From assembly GCF_006345805.1 (NCBI RefSeq), contig NC_043003.1, forward strand, positions 72,788,001 to 72,852,000: 64,000 nt of DNA. Direction: 5' to 3'. Under the pieces are notes generated by a model. It was not told the DNA's origin, did no database searches, and saw only the letters and a list, made by a program, of their open reading frames with translations. This document shows positions 24,968-37,561 of the stretch, in pieces. Every line of letters starts with the position of its first letter. Position 1 is the stretch's first letter. The translations under genes were made by a program, and so were the position numbers. Source of the DNA: Octopus sinensis. Taxonomy: Eukaryota.

Positions 24968-25436
24968 AAGCGAATTGATGTATAAGCATAATAAAATCCA
25001 CTGTAATTGAGCTAAATAATTATAATGCTATAATCATTGGTGGAATAAACCTGCCTATGTAAACAGATTCTGTAAAACGATAGGCTAAAGCAACATATAA
25101 TATTAAAAAGTAGCGAATCATAAATTTCACGTATGATTCATAATTAAATTGTTCTGTAGTGCTGTTTCAATAAATGGAGTAAAAACATCATTTATATAAT
25201 TAAGTAATTAACATACATGATTAATTAATTAAATTAATTAATTTGAATGTAATGGGTAATCCATTTTCTTAGGATGAAATGTTTTAAATATGATATAAAC
25301 TAGACAGGATGAAAAAAAAAAGAAATAGAGAGAAAAGAAGACCCAGATAGATAGAAAGCTACAAAGGTGAAAAAAAATCCGACAAAGATGAAAAGCAAAA
25401 AAGAAAGAAAATGATAGAAAAAAATGACTGAGAGAG

Positions 25437-25497
<61 letters not shown>

Positions 25498-26085
25498 AGA
25501 GATGTGGAGAAGAGATGAGTTAACTATTTTCTCATAAGAAAAAGCTGAAAAATCGAAATAATATTGTTTTAATTATGATATAAACGAGACAGAAAGAAAA
25601 GCAAAAAAAACAAAAAAAAAACAGAAAGAAAATAAGACCCAAGCAAAGGAGAGGGAGGGAGGAAGAGGAAGGAGAAGAGAAAATTAGGAAAAACGAAACG
25701 GAGATAAATCGCAGAGAAAAAACGAGAGAGAGAGAGAGAAAGAGAGAAAGCAACAGAGTAAGTCAGAGATAATAACCCACTATGTATATTTTTCTCTTTT
25801 TTCTTGCATAGATGTTGATGACTTTTCTGTCTCTCCCTCCCTCTCTTTTGCTCTGTCTGTCTCTCTCTATCTGTCTCTCTCTTTGCCACTCTCTCTGTGC
25901 CTGTTTCTCTCTGTAATGGCAAATGAAAGAGAGGAAAGGAACGGGAGAGTGAAATGGCAGTGGTCAGAAGAATAGAAGTTGGTGAAGAAAAATAGAAAGC
26001 TGAAGGTTAGTAGACAGATGAATGTGAGAGGAATGGTACTGCTTACTGGGATGGGAATAGACATAAGAATGACAACTGATAGAAC

Positions 26086-26419
26086 CTATCTATCTATCCG
26101 CTCAGTCGAAGTAAACTCTCGGTTACTCGTTGGATCAGTGTCCTCCAGTCAGTTCTATCCTGGGCCGCTTCTTTCAGATTGGCTATGTCCATTCCGGTAT
26201 CACTCTTGATGGTGTCAAGCCAGTGGATTCTTGGTCGGCCTCTTCCTCTCTTGCCACTGATCATTTCGAGCATGATGTCCTTCACCAGGGATTTTCTCCG
26301 CATAATATGACCGAAATATGCCAATCTATGCTTGGTGATCGTAGCTTCTAGCGACATTTTCGGCCTGATCTGCTTAAGAACTTCTCCATTGGTGAGCCTC
26401 GCTGTCCACGGAATCCATT
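26086..26419 (-). mobile_element. RTE-clade LINE 3' end with 10-bp TSD
   Basis: 'IPWTARLTNGEVL...RLAYFGHIMRR...GKRGRGRPRIHWLD...AQDRTDWR'; (GATA) tail; TSD ctgatagaac at 26076-26085 and 26420-26429. Confidence 0.9.
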
Positions 26420-26823
26420 CTGATAGAACAATGGCAGTAAATGCAGGCATGGCAGTTGGTAGAAGAATGATGGAGGAATGGAATTAGGTAGATGAATGGC
26501 AATAAAAGGGGTGAATTAAAGTATTTATCCGAAAGGTAGAAGAGAGACAAAATGCAGCGGAGGAATGTCAATTGATATAGGAATGGTAATGTGATGAGGA
26601 ATGAAAAAAGGAAGCGAAATGGCATCCGAGATGGGAATGGTACTCGTTAGAGAAATGGTAGAAGGTAGAACAATAACAGTGGATAGAGGAACCGTGGCAG
26701 ACGACGAACAGAAATTGATAGAGGACAGGCAATATTTAGAAGGGTGGTAATAAATAAAGGAATGGCAGTAAGTAGGGGAAAGATAGTTGATAAAGGAACG
26801 GTAGCAAGTTGAGTGTAGATATA

Positions 26824-27046
26824 TATTTCTTTACTACCCACAAGGGGCTAAACACAGAGGGGACAAACAAGGACAGACAAAGGGATTAAGTCGATTACAT
26901 CGACTCCAGTGCGTAACTGGTACTTAATTTACCGACCCCGAAAGGATGAAAGGCAAAGTCGACCTCGGCGGAATTTGAACTCGGAACGTAACGACAAACG
27001 AAATACGGCTACGCATTTCGCCCGGCGCGCTAACGTTTCTGCCAGC
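26824..27046 (-). mobile_element. S2 SINE with Tx1-like tail and 15-bp TSD
   Basis: TSD ttgagtgtagatata at 26809-26823 and 27047-27061. Confidence 0.92.
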
Positions 27047-28707
27047 TTGAGTGTAGATATAGGGATCATAGTACATAGAAGAAAGGTAGTGTAAAGAAGA
27101 ATGATATTAGGGAGATGACTGGCATTAAGGAGACAGTAGACAGAGGAATGATGAAAGATAAAGGAAAGTAATTAAAGAGAAAAGCAGCATTAAATAGAAG
27201 AATGGCTGTAGACTGAGGAATGAATATGAATGGAGGAAAGACAACTGAGAGAGAAATCGCAATAGACTAAGGAATGGAGCTAGGTAGAATGGTGGTAGTA
27301 GCGATAGAAATGGGGGTAAAAGATGGAGCATAGTTAAGAGAAAGAGAGAGAGAGAGAGTGAGAGGAGGGAAAGATTATGGTACTATTTAGAGGAATGTCA
27401 GTATATAAGAGATGGGTGGTGATAAAGAAATGGTACTAGAAACGAATACTGGCAATAGACGTTAGAATTGTGGTAGATAGAGGAATGGCTGAAGAGAGAG
27501 AAATAGCAATAGTAAAAAGAGGACCCTATCAATTGACAGAGGATTGTCAGTAGATAGAAGACTAATACAAGATAGAGAAACGGCAGTAGATAGGAAAACA
27601 GCAGTGGAAGAAGGATTTGTAGGAGATAAAAGGATAATGGTAGAGGTATGCTTTAGATTGAGTAATTTCAGTATACAGTGGAGGTGCATTAAATAGATAT
27701 AGGAATGATAGACATAGAAACTGGCATAGAACAGCGGGATGTCAGTAGAGAGATGAAAATAATTAAGTATAAGAAAGGCATTGGCTAGAAGAATGGCTAT
27801 AGGTGGAGTATTTAAATAGTATAGAGGAATGATCGTATGTAGAGGGTTTGCAGTAGATGTGGCAGTTTTAGCGGACTGTCAATAAATAGAAGAATGTCAG
27901 AAGAAAATGCAATAGCTGTGGAGTACGGAGTAGCACTTGTATAGAGAAATGGCTGTAGAAACAAGAATGTCGGTAGATTGTAGAATTATCGTTGATAGAG
28001 GATTGGCGCTAGACAGACGAATATTTTCAGTTTGCAGAATGAAAATAGTTAGAATTATGACAGTACATAGCAGAATCTTTCGATTATCGGTTCTTGCCAT
28101 ATTTAGTTACATGCTGTTTTGTTTTGAACTTAAAATCTGATCGCCATGAATATTATCAATTGGAGTCATTAAACTGAGTACCCCTTATGTACTTTGGTAG
28201 ATAGTTCTGTCTAATTTACTCTCCACAAATTTGTAGTCTGTTATACATTTAAGCGTAGATTCTGAAAATCCTACTGTAAATTTCTCTACTGTGTCTTTAA
28301 TTTTTAAGATATAGCCAAAAAGTTAGAGTAAGGTTTAAGCTACATAACTGCTGGGTTTTTACATTTCGAAGGACAGAGATTCGGCGCTGCAAAACATCCT
28401 TACTTAATTTATGTTTTATCGGAAACTTTAATAAGGGGTCATGCAATTTACAGCTGTTTTTTTAAAAATTTTCTACAGCTACGAAAATAAGGTATCATCA
28501 TTTTCTTGTAGTATCTCTGTTTTTTCAAATATGCCCAGTTGCTCTGTGTAGATGCTGAGTCTTTTGACAAATTATCTGTTAGTCTCCTTTTCAAGTAGTT
28601 TTCTGTCTTGTTTTTGTATTTGTTCATTTGATTATCACACTTCACTTTTGTAACTTGTATCAATATAAGTTATTACTATTACTACCATTACAACAACAAC
28701 AACAACA

Positions 28708-28745
<38 letters not shown>

Positions 28746-30385
28746 ACTACTACTACTACTACCACCACCACCACCACCACCACCAACACAACAACAACCA
28801 CCACTGTCATAGCGTTAATTAATTTCTTTTCAGAAACTGGAGAAGTTTATTCTTATTGTATCAGTTTTAATGTTCAGTATTTAGGAGAAAGCTGGTGAAG
28901 AAAATCCATAAATCCATATCGGAGACTATCTCGTTTAGAATGCTTCAAAGCCATTATCAATCAGTGATTTGGTAAAAATTACTGAAAATTCTGGACAAAA
29001 TATATCTCGCCAACTTATAATTGGCTAAACTACAATTATGATTTATTTCCTTGGCGCAAAGCCAATGATTTATGGAAAAGAAGGCGGAGGTTTGGTTGGT
29101 TTAATCGTCCGTTATTATATTAACTTAGATCATCGGACGAGTAATATATTTGATTAACTTTGATATGTTTTTGGAAATTCTATCATACTGAAGACATTCT
29201 AATTTGTCTCATAAAAACGTTAATTTTTGGAGAAGCTTTTAACCCTTGGTGCAGACTATGCAAGAAAGCTAAGGTGGGCAGCCTTAGGCACAGACAATAT
29301 GAGAGAGCTAAGAAAGGGGACCTTGCATCATTGCAAAACTTATATAAAAGTAACTGACAGTGAATATTTGCAGCTCAGCAGCATCTGTTACAGTAAACAA
29401 AATTGAAAGTTTTTTTTCTATTTAAGATAATTCGCTTTCCTATGCTGCGATATGTATTTAATGAGACCCAGGGAATTAAAATTCAACGAAGAAAATATTT
29501 GAATCAGAATCCAAACTGCAGTAACTAAACGTTGTAAACAAAATTTTCCGTGTTCCAAAGAAGTGGCTACCATCTGAAGTTTGGGTAAATTACAATAAGA
29601 AATCCCTGTTCAAGAAACCAGCAATTACCAGAGAAATTTAGATCGTGATGTAAGACAATTTCTAGATTGAGCGCTACGAGTCAGCTGGGATTCAAATATT
29701 TCTTTTTTTTTAATACTTTTTAGCACTACCATTTCACCGAAGATTAATTTAATGCTGTTACACTCATAGAAAGAACATCTTTTAATATACTTCCCGACGC
29801 TTCCTTTAATTTCTGTAATTAAGACACGTGATTGCAGTGAATGAGGGACAGTAGGTCGCAAATCAGATTTTTTCCCCTATATAAATGCTAGATTATAAAG
29901 ACAAGCAAGTGGACAGCTTCTTTAAAATTTTCCTCCACAAGTAATTTCAAGAAACATAAATTATACGTTATAATGGTCATCTACGGGAAAAAGGCATGTT
30001 AATTCCTTATCTTTACCTTTTACTTGTTTCATTCATTAGACTGCGGCCATGCTGGGATACCACCCTGGAGAATTGTTAGTTGAATGAATCGACCCCAATA
30101 CTTACTTTTAAGCCTACTTTAAGCCTGGTAGTTATTCTATCGAACTCTTTTTGCCGAACCGCTTGTCAAACGGTGGTGTCGGACAAGTACAGACACAAAG
30201 GTGCGCGTGTGCGCTCACACACACACACACACTCACACACATATGACGGGTTTCTTTCAGTTTCCGTCAATCAGATGCACTCATAAAGCTTTGTTCAGTC
30301 TGAGGCTATAGTAGAAGACACTTGCACAAGGTGCCATGCAGTCAAACTGAACCTGGAACCATGTGGTTAGGAAGCAAGCTTCTTA

Positions 30386-30645
30386 TTTCTTTATTGCCCA
30401 CAAGACGAAATACCTATTTCTTTACTGCACACAAGGGGCTACACAGACAGGGGACAAACAAGGACAGACAAACGGATTAAGTCGATGATATCGACCCCAG
30501 TGCGTAACTGGTACTTATTTCATCGACTCCGAAAAAATGAAAGGCAAAGTCGACCTCGGCGGAATTTGAACTCAGAACGTAGCGGCAGACGAAATACTGC
30601 TAAGCATTTCGCCCGGCGTGCTAACGACTCTGCCAGCTCACCACC
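30386..30645 (-). mobile_element. Full-length S2 SINE (3' part of the composite)
   Basis: Head 'ggtggtgagctggcagagtcgttagcacgccgggcg'; tail 'tagccccttgtgtgcagtaaaagaaat...cttgtgggcaataaagaaa'. Confidence 0.9.
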
Positions 30646-30661
30646 TTTTTCTTTTCTTTTT

Positions 30662-30780
30662 AGCTTACATAACTTAGGTTTCCCAAGCGGTCACCCATAT
30701 AAGTACTAACTAGACTCGACGTTGCTTAACTTCGGTGATCGGACGAGAACCGGTGCTTTCAACGTGATGTGGCCGTAAGC
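30662..30780 (-). rRNA. 5S rRNA copy (119 nt, probably a retro-pseudogene)
   Basis: Reverse complement GCTTACGGCCACATCACGTTGAAAGCACCGGTTCTCGTCCGATCACCGAAGTTAAGCAACGTCGAG...TAGTACTT..ATGGGTGACCGC.TGGGAA...GTAAGCT. Terminal helix GCTTAC/GTAAGC pairs. Followed by an A-rich linker rather than a T-run terminator. Confidence 0.93.
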
Positions 30781-31844
30781 AGGAAGCAAGCTTCTTACCA
30801 CATACCCATGCCTGGACAAAACAAAAAGCATATATATAAAACAGCAACAATAACATGTTCCAAATATAATAAGATGACAGGCTTTTTTTTACGAGAGGAG
30901 TAAAAGTATTTGAATCAAAGTAACTACATTCTTGGTATTTAATTCATTGAGCATGAGAAAGTAGAATGTAAAAATGGCATTTGAGGAATTTGAATTGAAG
31001 GCATAATGGGAGAATAATTGCTCTCTCCCGGCACAATTTGCCAAATGTTGTATAAGTGGTCGATTAAATAGACCTTCACCTCAATTTAATTGTAATTCTT
31101 TTATCAATACTAGAAAGATAGAAAGAGATAGCGACCGAATCAGAATTTAATATTTGGACCCTGGTGGTACGTAACTAAATACTTGTAAGGTAAAACTTTT
31201 AATCTGAAGTAAGATAGGCGATAACATCTAAAGGTACTCTTGCGGGTTATAACAGTTCGCAGTGAACAGGAAAAAATCTGATGTTTCAGACAAAGACAAA
31301 CTTGTTTCATATCTTACGAATCTAAAATGATTGAAGTCAGAAAGCATATTTATGATTTAAATATATTGTAAGAATTTTCCTAGATGTTCTACCGATCTTT
31401 TAACCCCACTCGCCGTTATTCTAATAACAGCAATCCATTTATCTAATAACAGTAATCCATTCTAATAACAGTGACCCATCCATCTTAAACAGCCGTTGAT
31501 ATCATATATTTGCAAAAGTTTGGGCTAGCAGACTACGAATGGCTATCCTGTAGTTGATATAACTCATCTGTAGCTGGGTGTACTGGATACTCTTATATAC
31601 CACAGAATTCTATCAAGCATACACAATAATTAACGGGCATCTGTTTGGTGGCATGATCTGAAAAATCTATCTTTTCCCTCATTTAAGACATGATTAATAA
31701 TGATGGTCTAGACTAATTTCTCCCTCATACTATGTACGATCATATAATTAGTCCTTTTACTACACATCATTACTAACAATTATCAAGCTTCTAATTTCTC
31801 CTCGATATTACACATTAGCGTTTGATAACCAAGCCTTTATATTT

Positions 31845-32070
31845 TATCGTTTACTTGTTTCAGTCATTAGACTGCGGCCTTGCGGGGCAGGGGATGGGGG
31901 ACCGCATTGAAGGATTTGTAGTCGAATGAATCAACCCAATACTTTTTCTAAGCCGGTCACTTATTCTGTCAATATCTTTTGCCGACAGTTGTCAAATGAG
32001 GGTGAAGCACAAACACACGCACAAATACACGCACACACACAAACACACACACACATACACAAACACACAC

Positions 32071-32128
<58 letters not shown>

Positions 32129-32158
32129 ACTAACACACACACACACACAAACACACAC

Positions 32159-32204
<46 letters not shown>

Positions 32205-32382
32205 ACAAACATACGCGCGCGAACACATACACACACAATCGATAGTCTTTCAGTTTCCGCCTACTAAATCCAAGGCTTTGGTCAGCCAGTGACTATAATA
32301 GAAGACACTTACCCAACGTGCTGAATCTAGACCCAATGTGGTTGGTAAGCAAGCTTTTTACCATACAGCCACGCTTCCGCCT
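31845..32382 (-). mobile_element. S1 SINE with expanded internal (CA)n
   Basis: Tail 'tttacttgtttcagtcattagactgcggcc' and head 'aagcaagcttttaccatacagccacgc'. Confidence 0.8.
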
Positions 32383-32394
32383 AATTTACCTTTC

Positions 32395-33250
32395 ACATAT
32401 AACGTCATCAATTATTTTGGTCAAGCCGTTCATTTCTTCCTCATAATTACTCTGTATCATTAATGATGCGCAATACGTCAGTTTCCGCATAAATTACACG
32501 TATTCAGTAATGAGGCTAAAACCTCTAATTTCTTCCTCATATTAAACATCGCTAAGAATAACCAAAATCTTGAATCTCACCTGTATATCACATATCTGTA
32601 ATGATGATCAAGCTTGTAATTTGTCGTCATATTACCAATGATAATGATGGCCAAATCTCCAATTTTCCCCTCACATCCCCTATCATCATTAAGGACGGTC
32701 TCAAATTTCTCCCCCATATCATACATAACCACTAATGATGTCCAAGCTTCTTAATTCCCTCTCTCTTATCACAGATCATAAGAAATAATGGTCAACTTTT
32801 TAATTTCACATCATTTCAGACATCTTCACCAATGATGTTGAAGCCTCTAAAATCTCCCTCATATCCCTCATCATCACTAATGATACCCAAGCCTATAACT
32901 TGTCCTCGTATTACACATCATCAGTAATGGTTTCAGATTTTGGTACAAGGACAGCAATTTTGTAGGAAGAGCTAAGTCGATTGCATCGGTCTTAGTACTC
33001 AACTGGTACTTAATTTATCGACTCCGAAAGGATGAAAGGAAAAGTCGACCTCGGCCGCATTTGAACTCAGAAACAACTTGAAGGCGGACGAAATGCACGC
33101 TAACCATTCTCAGTAATCATGGTCAACCATCCAATAACTCTTTCATTGCACGTTATCAGTTATAGCGGCCAAGCTTCTAATTTTTACCCTTATTACGCAC
33201 AGCAACCAGTAACGATGGTCAACCATCTAATTTCTCCCTCATATTACTTA
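32395..33250. repeat. Decayed ~47-bp minisatellite (~aatgatggtcaagcttctaatttctccctcatattacacatcatcact)
   Basis: Unit recurs many times, also at ~31690-31830; interrupted by an S2 SINE at ~32930-33110. Confidence 0.75.
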
Positions 33251-33254
33251 GATA

Positions 33255-33540
33255 ACTTAGATATGTTTCTACCAAAGATTGGTCCAGGCCATGTCTAACT
33301 TAATAGCACCACCTGATAGGATTATTCGAACCCTGTTTAAGCCAAGTTTTGTTCAAGTAGTGAGTTCTTGTTGGGTGAGTTGTATCCAATTATGGGTGGC
33401 TTATCTGGTATTCTTTGAAGGAATTTATCCAGACTCCGTTTAAAGTTGATGGGATCCTTTTCCTCTTTGATCTCCCTCGGGACAATGTTAAATAGGGCAG
33501 GGCCTGTTGAGGAAAAGAAATTATGTTGCAGTGTACAGTG
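33255..33540 (-). mobile_element. CR1/L2-like LINE 3' end
   Basis: Minus strand 'HNFFSSTGPALFNIVPREIKEEKDPINFKRSLDKFLQRIPDKP...NKNSLLE'. Its tail 'ccaggccatgtctaacttaatagcacc' recurs at 55808-55835. Confidence 0.8.
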
Positions 33541-33604
33541 TACATATTACATACTGTCCATGATGATGATGATGAAGCTTCTTATTTTCTCATTTAATAT
33601 ACAC

Positions 33605-33985
33605 AGACGCAAGCGTGGCTGTGTTGTAAGAAGTTTCCTTTCCAGTGACATAGTTCCGGGTTCATTCCCACTACGTGGTATCTATGCTGTAGCCTCGGGC
33701 CGGCCAAAGCCTTGTAAGAGGATTTGGCAGAAGGAAACTGAAAGAAGTCCGTCGTATATGTGTGTGTGTGTGCGTGCGTGAGCGCACGCGTTTGTGTTTG
33801 TCTCCACCGCCGCAAGACTATTGGTGTTGGTGTGTTTACGTCCCCGTAATTTAGCGGTCCGGTAAAAATACCAGGCTTAAAAAAGAAACTAGGTACTGGG
33901 GTCGATTTGTTCGGCTAAAAATTCCCCGAAGCGGTGCTCCAGCATGGCTGCAGTCTAGTGACTCAAACAAATAAAAGATAAAAGA
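33605..33985 (+). mobile_element. Near-complete S1 SINE
   Basis: Head, internal (TG)n and tail 'ccagcatggctgcagtctagtgactcaaacaaataaaaga' all present. Confidence 0.85.
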
Positions 33986-34549
33986 TTATCGGTAATAACT
34001 GTCGAGCATCCAATTTCTTTCTTTTCCTCAGACACAACCAGCCCTTACTTACTCTACTCTTCTACTTCTTCCTTCTTTCTAATCTATTAATTTATTATTT
34101 TCTGTTATTCGCCTGAAAGGTTAGATTAGGCGAACTTTGACTGAGCAAACTCAATTCTTTTAAACGGTGTGGAAACTTTCGAGGTTAATTTGGCTGCTTA
34201 TTTTAGAAGGTCATGCGACCTCATGGTCACACGACATCTCCGTTGGCATTTTGCTGTTGTTGTTGTTGTTGCTGTTGTCAATATGATACCTTTTTCCGTA
34301 TTTGTTTAGTACTTTGTGCATCTAAGCTTGCTGATAATAATTTATTGCTGTCAGTGGTTCTACAGTTATGCACTCCTCCTCCTCCTCCTCCTCCTATGAC
34401 TTACACCTTCCTAGAAGTATGACAGCAGACTGGCAGATGTCAGTACTAACGGACAAAGAGATAACTCTTAATGTCACCTTGTCACGGTCTCGAAAAGTCT
34501 AATACGTACGTAGATACATACAAACACATAAATACATATTCATATACAT

Positions 34550-34582
<33 letters not shown>

Positions 34583-34774
34583 CGTGTGTTCAATTATTTT
34601 CACGTTTGGTACATTTGCTGATATTAATTATACCAGTAGTCAGTTTCGTTGTAGTTGATGAAATAAGGCAATTTGTACACCACTGGAATTGAGTTCTTTC
34701 CTTCTGTTTGTCATGTTCATGTGTGTGTCTATTTGTGCGCATGCATGCTTATATGTGTGTGCGTGTATTTTATT

Positions 34775-35132
34775 TATTTCAATTACTGGATTGTGCTCAT
34801 ACTGGGGTACCGGTTTAAAGAATTTAGTCGAAGAAATTGAGTCCAATACTTATTTTTTTAAAGTCCGGCACATTCATCCGTTTTCTTTTATCAAACCGCT
34901 AAGTTAAGAGGACGTAAACAAACCAACAACGATTTTCAAACACAAAATATAAATAAATATATACATACATCCACACACACACACACGATGGGTTTCCTCA
35001 CAGTTTCCGACTACAAAATTTACTTACAAAGCGTTGGTCGACCTGGGTCTATAGGAGAAGACACTTGCTCAAGGTGCCGAAACAACGTGGTTGCAAAGTG
35101 AGCTTCTTAACCACACAACCATACCTGCGCCT
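34775..35132 (-). mobile_element. Degenerate S1 SINE
   Basis: Reverse-complement S1 motifs 'cagtttccgactacaaaatt' and 'agaagacacttgctcaaggtgcc'. Confidence 0.7.
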
Positions 35133-35539
35133 ATGTATGTATGTATGTATGTATGTATGTATGTATGTATGTATGTATGTATGTATGTATGTATGTATGT
35201 TTATATGCATGCGTGTATGTATGCATGCGTGTATGTATATGCATCATTATTCAGTTTTATTTCAAGATTTCTTGCCAATGAAGAAAAAGCCAGTTTCTAA
35301 CCTAGATACATGGTTCCTTCATTGGGATTTCAACACAAACAACTGGGTATTTTTTTATGCATGTATGTATGTATGTATGTATGTATGTATGTATGTATGT
35401 ATGTATGTATGTATGTATGTATGTATGTATGTATGTGTGTATGTATGACTAGAACTAACTTGACTGCAGGTTTTATGTCGGAATACCTTCTTCTAGGCCT
35501 TTCCTCAAAAGGAGGCTGCAAGCCAGCAGTGTTAAGTCA

Positions 35540-36965
35540 ATTTGAATTCAGAATTTTTTTCTCCTATACTGGTTGTCTTAATCACGGCTTCGTTTCAAAC
35601 CGGGAGCCCAATCTACCCCCATCAAATAGTCATGGCTTTGATAGTGCAGCCAATTAAGGGGACCGCATTACTACGACCTAGTTTTACGTCAGAGTGTCCT
35701 TCTAGAAGGGTTGCTTTCACTACGGCTAGCGACCCCCATCTATCCCCTACACATGAAAAAGAAAACACGAAAAAGATATCTTGCTTGTCACTGGAATCTA
35801 CTATTTTGACCAAGAGAATGGCAAAAGTGTTGTACAAGTGCTTGTCACTGTAATCCAATAAAGTACAAATGTCCCCGACAAAACATCATCATCATACGAT
35901 CATCACTTATCAAAAGTCCTATGGCGATAGAGGCATGGTGACGTATGTAGACTTGATCGGTTGGAAGCATACAGTAACAAATTTGCATATGGACAGGAAC
36001 TTTTTCAGTGGAGAATCCTGTGTCTGAGCAGCCCTTTTAAGAACACTGCTCACCTGGATATAGTGGGAAGGTGCTACAAAAAGTGCACTAAAAACTGTCT
36101 GTTCTTTCTCTGCTGGTTAGTTAACTGCGGTTAACGGTGGTTCAATTTAGCAGGAATGAACAAAGAATTGACATGAACAATGGTAACAAATATGCAAGAA
36201 ATAAGGTTTCTCTTAAACTAGTTTGTTGGAATGTGAGAATCCTTTTAGATCGGCAGATAGGCCTGAAAAAAGAACAGCTCTTGTAACAAAGGAGCTAAGG
36301 ACTATGTTCCCTTGAAGTCAAAAGATGGAAGTCAGGTTATTAAAGATACTTCTGGAATAATGAATAGATGGAGAGAACACTTTTCAAATCTTTTCCACAA
36401 TTCTTCTGTAATGAACCTGGATATCATAAACAACATTCCGCAAAGAGAGATAGACCAACGCATGAACGATACACTATCCACCAAAGAAGTAAATCTGGCA
36501 TTATATAAACTGCGATCAGGTAAAGCTCCTGGATTGGATGGCATTCCAGTTGAACTTCTTAAAGCAAGTGGGGATCATATTTCATCCGAAATTCATAGCC
36601 TAGCAACTCGCGTCTGGAATGAATCTTCTGTGCAACAGTAAAGGATAAATGGCATTCTAATCTCTGTATTCAAGGGTAAGGGCCCAAAAGCAGTGTGTGG
36701 TAATTCTAGAGTGATAACTCTCCTGGCACATACCGGGAAGATACTTTCAACGATTATGTTAGATCGTCTCGTTGACAATGTGTGTCTACATGTGATTCTT
36801 GAAGAACAGTATGGTTTCAGACCTGAGCGAGGAACAATGGACATGATATTATCTGCGAAGAAGGTTCAGGAGGAATTCTTAGAGAAACAAATGCCTCTAT
36901 ACCAGGTTTTCATAGATTTAACTAAGGTATTTGACACAGTAAACAGGAAGGTACTGTGAATTGTT
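35540..36965 (+). mobile_element. Internally deleted RTE-clade LINE (probable 5' UTR, APE start, RT start)
   Basis: 'LKLVCWNVRILLDR...RPEKRTALVTKELR' at ~36212-36300, fused to 'LKSKDG...RWREHF...GKAPGLDGIPVELLK...QYGFRPERGTMDMI...FIDLTKVFDTVNR'. The 5' boundary is uncertain. Confidence 0.85.
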
Positions 36966-36984
36966 ATGTGTAAACTTGACATAT

Positions 36985-37520
36985 CAGGACATATAAGAAA
37001 ACCAGATCTTTCTATCTCTTTCACCTGCAATCCTAAATGGGAGGAAATAAAATCTAACTTTCTAGTGCTGCATCTTCTGGTATTGCAGCTACTCTCCTCA
37101 ATGGAGGAAGAACTGCTCAGTCCATGTTCAAGCTCCCTCTAAACCTTGCAATGAAAGAATATCAAATGGGCAACATTTCCCAAAACTCTGCAATAACAAG
37201 GGTTCTCGAACAAACTTGTTTGGGATGAGTGTACTGTCACATCTTGGAGATCCAGAAGTACCTGATCGTACCCCGACCATCAAATACGCTGATGTAAATT
37301 GGCTATGTGAAAGAGCTAACGAAATGGTTGATAAACTCAAGCATAACTAGACACTAAAACTGGGTGCTGCCATTATGTTGGTTAGGCATCTTGACCCATC
37401 TCACCTGTGTAATGGAACTAGCTTAATCGTTACTTCTATGAAGCTCCATGTATTACAGGCAACAATGATAACAGCTAGTCACAAAGGAGAAAATGACTTT
37501 ATTCCAAAAATCAAGTAAAT
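36985..37520 (+). mobile_element. Highly deleted Helitron RepHel remnant
   Basis: Rep motif 'KPDLSISFTCNPKWEEIKSN', then Pif1 motifs 'ASSGIAATLLNGGRTAQSMFKLPLN', 'WDECT', 'LKLGAAIMLVRHLDPSHLCNGTSLIV'. Confidence 0.85.
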
Positions 37521-37561
37521 TTTCTCATATAATTCACTTCTAAGATGCTTTTATAAGAATA

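Larger units (their letters stand above)
25915..28015. repeat. Ancient ~18-bp purine-rich minisatellite (consensus ~GATAGAGGAATGGCAGTA)
   Basis: Recurrent 'gatagaggaatgg', 'ggcagtagata' and 'gaggaatg' over ~2.1 kb, interrupted by RTE and SINE insertions. Confidence 0.7.
30013..30812 (-). mobile_element. S1 SINE hosting the 5S-SINE composite
   Basis: S1 tail at ~30013, body to 30385; the head resumes after the duplicated 'aggaagcaagcttctta' at 30781. Confidence 0.85.

Noticed and set aside
30662-30780. Functional 5S rDNA array unit
   Set aside because: Single copy, no T-run terminator, A-rich tail, substitutions around box C, and enclosed by a TSD.
32395-33250. CRISPR-like array
   Set aside because: Eukaryotic context, whole units are degenerate copies with no unique spacers, and no cas genes.
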